Source: Myxococcota bacterium (GTDB lineage: Bacteria; Myxococcota_A; UBA796; UBA2385). Taken from it: 64,000 nt of DNA. Under the pieces are notes generated by a model that worked only from the letters and a program-made list of their open reading frames with translations, ran no database searches and was not told where the DNA came from. The position numbers were made by a program, and so were the translations under genes. Where the stretch lies: assembly GCA_044344255.1 (NCBI GenBank), contig JBIJDH010000019.1:96001-160000 (forward strand). The letters are read 5' to 3'. Shown here piece by piece: positions 44,647 through 53,532 of the stretch (position 1 is its first letter; each line of letters opens with the position of its first letter).

Positions 44647-45948
44647 TCAGCGCCGGCAGGCCCGGGCCGCCTCGCGGAGGGCCGGCGGCCGCACCGCCAA
44701 GCTGTCCTGTATCTGGATAATCTCGGCGCGCCATTCTTCGCGATCGAGTTGCGGATCGGCGGCGACGGGGTCCCAGAGGAAGGCGCCGAGCTCGCCCACC
44801 TCGTCGGCGAGGGCCGCCGAGTCGAGCTCCGCGGCCACCACCGACATCCGCTCGCAGTACCGCTCCGGGTAGAGATCCTGGAGCCGCGCGCCGAAGACCG
44901 GGGGGTGCAGCGCGAAGTCGGGGGAGTCGAGGGTGAAGAGGCCCTCCGTCGGATCGGGCAGGGCCCAGAGCTGGAAGGCCTGGCCGCTGGAGGCGGGGAT
45001 CAGGCGGAGGCGCCCGTCCGCGGGGTCCTGATAGACCGAGTAGCCCACGGACTGGGTCGCGAAGCCCTGCACGTCGGGCAGCGCGAGGCCGAGGGCGAGG
45101 GCCGTGAGCCACTCATCGACGTCGATCCAAGACTCGACACAGGCCCGGGCCGCGTCTTCGTCGGCCTCCTCGCCGCAGGCCATCAGGGGGACGAGGCCGT
45201 CGAGCAGGGCCCGAGGGGACGTGTCGCCCACCGCCTCGTACTGCCCTGAGTAGTCGGCCTCGGCCTCGCCCTGGTAGGAGAGGTCGGAGCGCTCCCCGCA
45301 GGAGTCGGTGCTCTCGAAGAGGGGGCCGCTCGTGTCCTCGAAACGCGACGAGAGGTAAGCGCGGCTGCTCCGCTCCTCCGCCAAGGGATAGACCCCCTGG
45401 AGCTTGTCATTGACCCACAGCGCGGTGTACCCACCCCGCGGGGCCGCGAGGCCGAGGCGGCGGGCCACCCGGTTCGCCAGCAGGGATCGCGCGAGGGAGC
45501 GGTCCCCGCCGGTCCCGGCGAGGACGAGGGCCTCCTCACCGCCCAGGCCGCCCTCAGTGGGGTCAAAGCGGAGCCGGAAGCCGGTGCGCTCCCCCTTGGC
45601 CGCCGAGGCGGCGAGGGCGTCCAAGCCCTGGAGCTCCACGCCCACGCTGGAGAAGGACAGGGTGTCGCCCGTGGAGGGGTCCTTGAACTCCAGCTCGGTG
45701 GCGAGGGGCTCGGCGGCGAAGCAGGGGTCCGCCCCGCCGTCCGCCGCGTCGAGGAGGGCGGCCTCCCAGTCCTCCCCCGCGTCGATGCTCAGGTGCATCA
45801 GCGAGAGGGCGTCCTCGTCCCAGAGGGGGTCATCGCCGCGGATGAGCGAGGGCGCCCCGGGCTCGGCGCAGGCGGCCGAGACGAGGAGCGAGAGCAGCGA
45901 CAGCCGGGGGAGCGCCATCCGGGGAGACCTCGAAACAGGCGAGCTCAT
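44647..45948 (-). CDS. CotH-like lipoprotein with degenerate catalytic motifs (start 45948 or 45918)
   Basis: GDRSLARS.LA....GL.APR..Y..LWVN...GVY.LAE and IDVDEWL; no K.G, NNY or PWD motif. Confidence 0.72.
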   Translation of the reverse strand: MSSPVSRSPRMALPRLSLLSLLVSAACAEPGAPSLIRGDDPLWDEDALSLMHLSIDAGEDWEAALLDAADGGADPCFAAEPLATELEFKDPSTGDTLSFSSVGVELQGLDALAASAAKGERTGFRLRFDPTEGGLGGEEALVLAGTGGDRSLARSLLANRVARRLGLAAPRGGYTALWVNDKLQGVYPLAEERSSRAYLSSRFEDTSGPLFESTDSCGERSDLSYQGEAEADYSGQYEAVGDTSPRALLDGLVPLMACGEEADEDAARACVESWIDVDEWLTALALGLALPDVQGFATQSVGYSVYQDPADGRLRLIPASSGQAFQLWALPDPTEGLFTLDSPDFALHPPVFGARLQDLYPERYCERMSVVAAELDSAALADEVGELGAFLWDPVAADPQLDREEWRAEIIQIQDSLAVRPPALREAARACRR

Positions 45949-48900
45949 GGGGTGCCTCCCAGCGGGCAGGGGCCCGCCTCACGGAGCACGAGCCCGTGGG
46001 CGACGGCCGATGAGGTGGGGCCGGGCACGTCCCCGCGGGAGAGGTGCCCGTAGCCGACGGTGGCGAGGCCGAGCACGCTGCCCCAGCCGGTGGCGCCGGC
46101 GTCAACCCGGCCGAGGGCGCCGAGCCACCAGGCGCCCTCGGGCCGCCAGGTGGCCGAGGCCGCCGCGTCCCAGCCGAGGCCGACAGCGGGCTCGGGCTCC
46201 CAGTCCCGCTCCCGGCTCCACTGCGGCCCGACCCCGCCGGCCGCGCAGAACGCGAGCTCACGCGGGTTCCAGCCGAGGGTGGCCCGCGCTCGCGCGCTCG
46301 TGAAGGCGGCGGGCGTGTAGACCCCGGCCTCTCCGGCCCAGGCGCCGCCCACCCAGTCGCTGTGGCGGGTGTGGAGGCCGTCGAGGCCCAGCTCGACCGG
46401 CAGCTCACGGACCTGAAAGGGGACCCGCAGCCAGAACACGCCGCCGACCCAGGGGGTGGGATCGAGGGAGAGGCCCTGTAGCGCCCCGGCCCGCCCGACC
46501 CCGCCCAGCGTGAGGCCGCTCTGACCGCGCAGGCCCGCGCGGAGGTCGATCCAGTTGTCCGTGACCCGCCCCGCGTCCTCCGCGGGGTCTCCCGCGAGGC
46601 TGAACCAGGAGTCGATCACCGGGGCGCGGGAGCCGCTGAGCGCCAGCTCCCAGAGGTGACGCGCCCGCCAGCGCAGCTCGCCGTACCCGACCACCGTGGC
46701 CGGCGAGGCCATCCCGAGGGGGGAGCTGCCGACCACCGCCCGCCAGGCGAGGGGGCCCTCGGTGGGAGAGGCGGCGTCGAGGGCCAGCGAGACCCCGGCG
46801 TCTCCACCGAGGTCATCGGAGACCGCGAGCGGGAGGGCCTCGAGCCGGAGGCGGAGGGGATCGGCCGCCACCCACTCCGCGTTGACGTCGGCGCCCACGA
46901 GCCGGAGGCCGCCGACGCCGAGGGTCTCGGGTCGCCCGCCGACGAGGCCGGAGGCGGTGACGACCCAGCGAGGCTCGACCCCGACCTCCGCGCGGAGGGC
47001 TCTCACGTCAACCGGCGGGCTCTTGCCGGGGGCCTCCTCGAGGCCGACCACCACCCCGACGGGGGCGGCGGGGACATGGGCCGCGTCATCCGGCCCGAGG
47101 CGTCGGATCACGAGGCGGGGGCCGGGGTGGAGCCGCTCATCGACCGGCTCGACCGCCTTGACGTCGAGGATGGGCATCGGATCGGGCAGGCGCCGGAGCC
47201 GGAGGACCTCGGGGACGGTCGGATCGGCCTCGACCTGCACGAGCGCGCGGGAGGCGGCCAGGGGGTGCCCCATCGCGACCTCGACGCGGGCGAGCTCCGC
47301 GCCGAGGCGGGGGTCCTTGGTCTCGGTCCAGGCGGCCTCGAGCCGGCGCGCCGCCGCGCCCGGCCGCCCGAGGGCGCGGTAGGCCCCCGCCTCGCCGATG
47401 ATGCGCGTCACATCGGAACCTTCTTCCTTGTCTGCGAGCGCGGCGCGAAAGGCCACCGCGGCGGCGCGCGGCCGACCGACCTCCGACCAGGCCGCGCCGA
47501 GGGCGAGCTGGTCGAGGGCGGTCGGCGCCTGGAGCTGACGGGACACATTGGCCACAGCCTTGCGCGCCCCGGCTCGATCTCCGGCTTGCATCCGAGCCTT
47601 CGCGGCCTCGAGCTCGAGGTGGAGCTCGGCCGATCGGAGGGCCGGCGCCACCCACTCCCCCATCGGCGCTCCGCTGCCGAGGGCCGCGCGGAGGGAGGGG
47701 AGCACCGCGGGGAGCTGGCCCGTGGCGTAGCCGACGGTGAGGGCGGCGCCGAGCACGCCCTCTTCGACCGGGGCGAGGCGGAGGGCCTCCTGAACCGCGA
47801 TCAGGGCGGCGGGGTGGTTCTTGGCGGCCATGTGGCAGTCGGCCAGGGTCAGCCAGGGGGCGGGGCGGGTGGGCTGCGCCTCGAGCAGCGGGGTGAGGAG
47901 GGCGCGCGCCCCGACGACGTCGCTCTCCCGCAGGGCCTGCTGGACCGCGGCGAGGGTCCTTCGTTCGGCCAGCTCTTCCCCGAAGGTGCGGCCGGGGGCG
48001 ACCGATCGGCCGGCGAGGTCCTTGGCGGCGATCACCTGGGCGGCACCGTCAAAGTCACCGCGGCCCATGCGGGCCACCGCGAGCCCGGCCCAGGCGTCCA
48101 CGTTGCGCCCATCGAGATCGACGGCCCCCTGGTACATCGCCTCCGCCGCCTCGAACTGCCAGTGATCGAGGTAGAGCCCGCCCAGGTTGCCGAGGGCCCA
48201 GGTGTCGGGGCTGACCTCGAGGGCGCGGGCGATGAGCTCGAAGGCCTCCAAGTCCTCCCCGCGCTCGCGGGCGAGGTTGGCGCGTTGACCGAGGATCCGC
48301 CCGCGGGCCGCGGTCACCTCGCGGCGGAGCACGGGGTCGTGCTGACCGGCGAGGCCGTCGAGCAAGGCGTCGGCGGCGTCGAGGTCGGCCGTCTCCCCGC
48401 GCAGCAGGTGCGTGTTGGCGAGGCCGAGGCTCGACCAGCCGCCATCATCCCCGGCGGCGATCGAGCGGGTGTAGGCCCGGACCGCCGCCTCCTCCATCCG
48501 CTGCTCGAGGAAGAGGTCGCCGAGGGCGTGCAGCACCGCCGCGTCATCGGGGGCACGGCGCTCGAGGGCCGCGGTGCGGGCCTCCGCCTCGCCGCGGTCC
48601 CCCTCCCGCCACAGGGCGCGGATCCGGGCGGTCTCCTCGAGGAGGGAGAGGCGGTCGACGAGCCCGGGATCGACCTTCTTCTGAGAGGAGACGACCGCGT
48701 GGGCCTCATCCCAGCGGTCGAGGCTGGCGAGCAGGCGGACCAAGGCGGAGAGGGCCTCGGCGTGGCCGGGATCGAGCGAGAGGGCGACCGAGAAGGCCTC
48801 CCGGGCCGCGTCCGGGTGCCGATCGGCCCACAGGGCCCCGCCAGCCGCCACCCAGCTCGGCAGGGCGGTGGGATCGAGGGCGATCGCCTGGAGGAGGGCG

Positions 48901-50210
48901 TCGCTGCCGAGGCCGAGCTCCCCGGTCTCTCGTAAGGCCTGGCCGTGCTCGGCGAGGCGGGAGGCCAGCCAGTGCTGGAGCGCGCGCCGCTCCCAGGGCG
49001 CGTCCTCCTTCGGGAGGGCGTGGAGCAAGGGCTCGATCGCCCGACCCGGCTGGCGGGTGGTGGAGGCGAGCCCGATGAGGAGCTGGATGGCCTCAGTGTC
49101 TTCGGGGCGCTCGGCCACCTGGAGCTCGATGTCCTGCAGGGCCTCGTTCATCCGCCCGGCGTCGATCGCGGCGTGCACCCGCGCCCGCTGCCGCGCCGGG
49201 CCGCCTGCGCGGAGGGCGGGGTCGTCGGCGGAGAGGTAGGTCCCGGCTCGCTCTTCCTGATCGGCGCGCAGCAGCGCGAGGCCGGTCTTCCGGCGGAGGT
49301 CGAGGTCAGCCGGGCGGATGTCGCTCGCCTGCTCGAAGAGGCGGGCCGCTTGGACCGGCTGACCGAGAGACTCGGCGAGGGAGGCCGCGCGGAGCAGCAG
49401 CGGCACCTTGTCCGAGGAGGCGGCGACGCGGCCGAGAGACTCGTCGAGGCTGCGGAGGGCCACCTCGGGCCGCCCCAGCGCCACCAGCCAGTCGGCGCAG
49501 TCGACGAACTCGTCGGGCTGTCGGCAGGTCGGCGGCGCGCTCGAGCCGGCGATCGCCCGGGCGAAGGTCGGCTGGCCCTCGCGGATCAGGATCGCGACCT
49601 CGAGCTCGACCGGGACACGCTCCGCGGCGAGGGCCTTGGCCTGGACGAGGGCGGCCTTGGCGACAGGGAGCGCGCCGTCGTAGAGGGCGGCCTCGGCGAG
49701 CAGGGTCCACGCCTGGGCCTTGACCGCCGCGGAGGCCCCCGGCGCCTGGGTGATGCCTTGGGCGTCCGACACCGCCCAGGGGCGGCTGCGATCGACCCGC
49801 AGCCAGGCCCGATCGAGGTGGAGCCGCATCGGCATGGGGTCGGGGTTGCCCGGGCGGTCCCGGGCGGCCTTCATGATCTCCGTCCAGGCACTCCGCGGCG
49901 GCAGCGAGAGCAGGAGCGCGTCGAGGCGACGGGCGGCCTCGGCACCCACGACCGGATCCCCCAGCAAGGTGGAGAGCACGGCCACCGCGAGGTCGAGGCC
50001 GGCCTCTCCCTCCTGGACGAGCTGCTCGGCCCAGGCGAGGCGATCGGCGGGGCGGTGGCCCTTGGGGGCGGAGCGGAGGACGGCGGGCGCCGCGACCGAG
50101 GCGGCGGGCGCCGCGGCGGTGGAGGCTCCCGACGACACGTCGGGCGCGGCGACCGCGTCAGGGCCGACGCCCAGCAGCAACACACCGAGCAGGGCGGGGA
50201 AGAGTCGCAT
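45945..50210 (-). CDS. bcsC: Cellulose synthase outer-membrane export protein BcsC-like (TPR repeats plus C-terminal beta-barrel)
   Basis: Signal peptide, long TPR array, C-terminal VGSSPLG, RAPVIDSWFSLAG, G.YTP; fourth gene of the bcs operon. Confidence 0.75.
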   Translation of the reverse strand: MRLFPALLGVLLLGVGPDAVAAPDVSSGASTAAAPAASVAAPAVLRSAPKGHRPADRLAWAEQLVQEGEAGLDLAVAVLSTLLGDPVVGAEAARRLDALLLSLPPRSAWTEIMKAARDRPGNPDPMPMRLHLDRAWLRVDRSRPWAVSDAQGITQAPGASAAVKAQAWTLLAEAALYDGALPVAKAALVQAKALAAERVPVELEVAILIREGQPTFARAIAGSSAPPTCRQPDEFVDCADWLVALGRPEVALRSLDESLGRVAASSDKVPLLLRAASLAESLGQPVQAARLFEQASDIRPADLDLRRKTGLALLRADQEERAGTYLSADDPALRAGGPARQRARVHAAIDAGRMNEALQDIELQVAERPEDTEAIQLLIGLASTTRQPGRAIEPLLHALPKEDAPWERRALQHWLASRLAEHGQALRETGELGLGSDALLQAIALDPTALPSWVAAGGALWADRHPDAAREAFSVALSLDPGHAEALSALVRLLASLDRWDEAHAVVSSQKKVDPGLVDRLSLLEETARIRALWREGDRGEAEARTAALERRAPDDAAVLHALGDLFLEQRMEEAAVRAYTRSIAAGDDGGWSSLGLANTHLLRGETADLDAADALLDGLAGQHDPVLRREVTAARGRILGQRANLARERGEDLEAFELIARALEVSPDTWALGNLGGLYLDHWQFEAAEAMYQGAVDLDGRNVDAWAGLAVARMGRGDFDGAAQVIAAKDLAGRSVAPGRTFGEELAERRTLAAVQQALRESDVVGARALLTPLLEAQPTRPAPWLTLADCHMAAKNHPAALIAVQEALRLAPVEEGVLGAALTVGYATGQLPAVLPSLRAALGSGAPMGEWVAPALRSAELHLELEAAKARMQAGDRAGARKAVANVSRQLQAPTALDQLALGAAWSEVGRPRAAAVAFRAALADKEEGSDVTRIIGEAGAYRALGRPGAAARRLEAAWTETKDPRLGAELARVEVAMGHPLAASRALVQVEADPTVPEVLRLRRLPDPMPILDVKAVEPVDERLHPGPRLVIRRLGPDDAAHVPAAPVGVVVGLEEAPGKSPPVDVRALRAEVGVEPRWVVTASGLVGGRPETLGVGGLRLVGADVNAEWVAADPLRLRLEALPLAVSDDLGGDAGVSLALDAASPTEGPLAWRAVVGSSPLGMASPATVVGYGELRWRARHLWELALSGSRAPVIDSWFSLAGDPAEDAGRVTDNWIDLRAGLRGQSGLTLGGVGRAGALQGLSLDPTPWVGGVFWLRVPFQVRELPVELGLDGLHTRHSDWVGGAWAGEAGVYTPAAFTSARARATLGWNPRELAFCAAGGVGPQWSRERDWEPEPAVGLGWDAAASATWRPEGAWWLGALGRVDAGATGWGSVLGLATVGYGHLSRGDVPGPTSSAVAHGLVLREAGPCPLGGTP

Positions 50211-51325
50211 CAGGAGGCACCTGGCTGGGACCCGGGCGGGGAGTCGGCGAGCGCCACCCCGAACCAGAGCCAATTGGCGGCAAAGTAGTCGTGCTGCTCA
50301 TCACAGGCGAGCTGGTCGGCCCAGAGGGGGGCGAGGGTCTGCTCCCAGACGCGGGCGGCGGCCTCGGGGGCGCGGGCCCGCCAGGTCGGCAGCAGGGCGG
50401 CGTAGAGGCCTGGATAGGGCCAGGCGTCCAAGGGGGCGCCCTCGACCGTCATGCGGGCGGGGAGCATCCCCTCAGCGGTGTACCGCTGGGCCAGCGGGTC
50501 CATCCGCTGGAGCAGGGCGGTGGCCCGCGGATCGCCGCTCCAGCGGGCGTCCGCCTCGATGTTCCAGGGCACCCGCAGGGCGTCGAAGCTGACCACACCG
50601 GTGGCCTGGGCGTCGGCGGGAGGCGCCACCGGCGAGCCGGTGCTGCGATCGAGCCAGGCCCAGTCCGGGGGGAGGCCCGCCGGCCCGATCAGTCGATCCA
50701 TCAGGACGTAGCTGTCATCGAGCAGGCGGCCCCAATCGTGGTCCGGATCGGCGCCCACGAAGGTTCGGAGCGCGAAGGGCAGGAAGTAGGAGGGGTTCAC
50801 CCGGATGAGCGCCCCCTCTTTGGCCCACGGTCCGGGCAGCAGCACCCGGGTGCCCGCGACCTCGAGGGTCTCCCGCTCCCAGACCTCCCGGAGCAGCGCC
50901 CGGGCCTCGGTGGCGAGGGCGGGCCGCTCCCAGCGCTCCGCGGCGAGCAGCAGCGACCAGGCGATGAGGATGTCGGCGTCCGACGCGGGGGAAGGGTCTT
51001 TGACACCACGGCGGAGCCAGCCCTTGCGCCCCCACAGCCACGCGGGGAGCTGATCCCGCTCCCCGCCCTGAAGCTCAGCCAGGGTCCAGCCTCGGATCGT
51101 GTCGAACCGTGCCTCGTCGCCCATCCACAAGGCGCGGAGCATGGCGTAGGCCTGCCCCTCGCTGGTGGTGGACCGATCACGGGAGGGGTCGATCACCCGG
51201 CCCCCGCGAATGAAGGTCCGGGCATAACAACGCCAGGCGACCTGCAGCTCCGCCGCGGCCACCTCCCCTCCCTCGCTGGCGCGCGCGGGGCTGACCAGCA
51301 GAGCGCCGGCCAGGGCCCAGCTCAT
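50210..51325 (-). CDS. bcsZ: Glycoside hydrolase family 8 endoglucanase BcsZ
   Basis: TTSEGQAYAML, LPAWLWG, ASDAD, NPSY, LPPDW, SFDALRV. Confidence 0.92.
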   Translation of the reverse strand: MSWALAGALLVSPARASEGGEVAAAELQVAWRCYARTFIRGGRVIDPSRDRSTTSEGQAYAMLRALWMGDEARFDTIRGWTLAELQGGERDQLPAWLWGRKGWLRRGVKDPSPASDADILIAWSLLLAAERWERPALATEARALLREVWERETLEVAGTRVLLPGPWAKEGALIRVNPSYFLPFALRTFVGADPDHDWGRLLDDSYVLMDRLIGPAGLPPDWAWLDRSTGSPVAPPADAQATGVVSFDALRVPWNIEADARWSGDPRATALLQRMDPLAQRYTAEGMLPARMTVEGAPLDAWPYPGLYAALLPTWRARAPEAAARVWEQTLAPLWADQLACDEQHDYFAANWLWFGVALADSPPGSQPGAS

Positions 51326-53532
51326 GTGCGGCCACCGCGGTTGCGCGCGAAGATCGAGACCGCCTTGCCGAAGGCCACCGCCGCAGCGACGAGGGAGATC
51401 CCGAGCAGCCACCAGTTCTTACGCAGGGTGTTCATCCACGTCACCCGCACCGGCTCCTCCCCCATCGGCCGCCGCGCCGCGACCGAGACGGGGCGAATGC
51501 CTCCGCTCTCCGGCAGGGCCACGGCGTTGCCGGAGAGCCGGGCGAGGCGGCTGGGATCGGAGAGGCTCTGCACCGCCCCTTGCAGGTCCGCGTCCGTGCC
51601 CGCTCGGAGCACGAGGGCGAGGCGGTCCTTGTTCTCGGGGCGGATGAGCTGCTCGATGGTCGCGAAGGCGCGCTCGTTGCCGACGTTGAGCAGCCCGGCG
51701 CCCGCGCCATCGGAGAGGGCCCGATCCAGGTCGCCCTGCAGGGTGACCCGGCCGCTGGACACCAGCTCGTCGAAGGCGCTGTTGCCGCCCTCGCCCACCA
51801 GCACCAGCGCCTGCTGGTTGGCGCGCTCCCCGAGGAGGCCCTTCCGGCCCGCGAAGAGGCCGATGCTGGGCTGCTCGTCCATGTTCCGGCTGGCGAGCTC
51901 CGCCACGATCTGGAGGCCCGCGCTGGCGTCGGCCCACGAGGGGGCGTCATCGATCACCACCAGGGTGCCGCCGGCGCTGGCCGGCTCCGCGAAGGGCCAG
52001 AGGTCGAAGCGCAGCAGGCCGAGATCGGGCACCATCGCGGTGTAGTAGCGGGGGCTCTCGATGGAGGAGGACCCATGCACCGTCGCCCAGATCGCCTTGT
52101 CCGAGGTGCGGCGGCAGGGATCGAAGTCCTCCGGATAGAGGTGGAACACCACCTCCAGGTTGGACTTCTGCTCGGTGAGGTCGGCGGGGAGCGTCACGCG
52201 GAGGTGGCGGAGCTGCTCGCCTTCCCGGCTGTCGAGGGCGGAGCTGCGGAGCACGATCCCGTTGAGCCGGACCTCGACGGTCGACAGCCGCAGGTCGAGC
52301 TGCGCGCCGTACGAATACACGAGGTCGAAGACCCCGCCTTCGGGGTTGATGTGACCGTCCCCCTCGAAGATCAGGGGGACCTCCACCGCCTCGGAGTAGT
52401 AGCCCCGAACCGTGGTGTCCTTGATTCCGAGGTCGCTCAGGGTGAAGGCCTCGTCGTGATACGGCACCGGCCGCGGGTCGCGGTTGTTGGCGGGCGGCGT
52501 CGCACGATCCACCGCGCGGATCTGGCTCCGCGAGCCCGAGAGCAGCTCGTAGCGGTACCGCGAGGCCACCGCCTGGGCGGCCCGCTTCAGGCCGGCCTCG
52601 TCGGCGCCAGTGACGATGAGGATCGCCCGAGAGGGCGCCCCCGGGGCCGGCACCACCACCACGAGGCCCTCCCCCGCGGGGATGGATGTGGGGCCGAGGA
52701 GCGAGGCGATGAGCGGGTTCTCGTCGATTCGGCCCACGATCAAGCCGTGGCTCTGGAGGAGGGAGGGGTCGGCCACCGGCTCCTGGAGGCGCAGCGTGCG
52801 GTAGCCGGAGATGCGGCCGAGGCCGACCGCGACGGTGCCGAGGGCCTCCACGGTCGCCGCCGAGGGGGAGCCCTGTCCGATGAGGGAGAGCTCCACCGGG
52901 CCGTAGCCGAGCGGATCGTAGAAGGGCGCGGGGAAGAGCGCGAGATCGGGCACGATCGGCGCCTCGACGACGTCGAAGCGGAGCACCGAGGTGCGGCTCA
53001 CCCGGGTCCAGAGCGCGGGGTCGAAGGGGTCCTCACACTCGTCTACGAGGTGCTGCACGACCGATATCTTGAGCTTGTTGTAGTCGACCAGCAGGTGGCG
53101 GGGGATCGCCAACCGGAGGGTGCCGCCCTGCGCGGTGGCCGCGTCGAGCGTGACCGTGGCGGCGGCCTGATCGTTCACCTGGACCGTGAGCGAGCTCCGC
53201 CCGGGGTCGAGGGCCGAGCTGTGGTCAAAGGCGATCTCCACCACGGGGTCGGCCTGCAGGGTCCAGGCGTTCGGCACCGTGAAGGTGAGGGTGCGGGTGG
53301 CCTCGAGCCCCTGCAGCATCGGGTCGGTTTGCACCTGCAGATCGCGCTCGAACTGGATCTCGCGGAGGCCTGCCGCGGCCGGTGCGGCCACCACGGGCGC
53401 CGAGCCCTCCAACACCGCCGCGGGCTCCGCCGACGCGGCCGCGGGCGCGGCCTCCGCAGGGGCCTGGGCATGCGCAGCCGAGAGGAAGAGGGGAGAGGAG
53501 CAGGTCAGCAGGAACAGCGACAGTGGGCTCAT
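51322..53532 (-). CDS. bcsB: Cellulose synthase periplasmic subunit BcsB
   Basis: Signal peptide, two CBD/flavodoxin-like repeats, CEDP.DP.LW, DL..FP.PF.D, single C-terminal TM. Confidence 0.88.
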   Translation of the reverse strand: MSPLSLFLLTCSSPLFLSAAHAQAPAEAAPAAASAEPAAVLEGSAPVVAAPAAAGLREIQFERDLQVQTDPMLQGLEATRTLTFTVPNAWTLQADPVVEIAFDHSSALDPGRSSLTVQVNDQAAATVTLDAATAQGGTLRLAIPRHLLVDYNKLKISVVQHLVDECEDPFDPALWTRVSRTSVLRFDVVEAPIVPDLALFPAPFYDPLGYGPVELSLIGQGSPSAATVEALGTVAVGLGRISGYRTLRLQEPVADPSLLQSHGLIVGRIDENPLIASLLGPTSIPAGEGLVVVVPAPGAPSRAILIVTGADEAGLKRAAQAVASRYRYELLSGSRSQIRAVDRATPPANNRDPRPVPYHDEAFTLSDLGIKDTTVRGYYSEAVEVPLIFEGDGHINPEGGVFDLVYSYGAQLDLRLSTVEVRLNGIVLRSSALDSREGEQLRHLRVTLPADLTEQKSNLEVVFHLYPEDFDPCRRTSDKAIWATVHGSSSIESPRYYTAMVPDLGLLRFDLWPFAEPASAGGTLVVIDDAPSWADASAGLQIVAELASRNMDEQPSIGLFAGRKGLLGERANQQALVLVGEGGNSAFDELVSSGRVTLQGDLDRALSDGAGAGLLNVGNERAFATIEQLIRPENKDRLALVLRAGTDADLQGAVQSLSDPSRLARLSGNAVALPESGGIRPVSVAARRPMGEEPVRVTWMNTLRKNWWLLGISLVAAAVAFGKAVSIFARNRGGRT

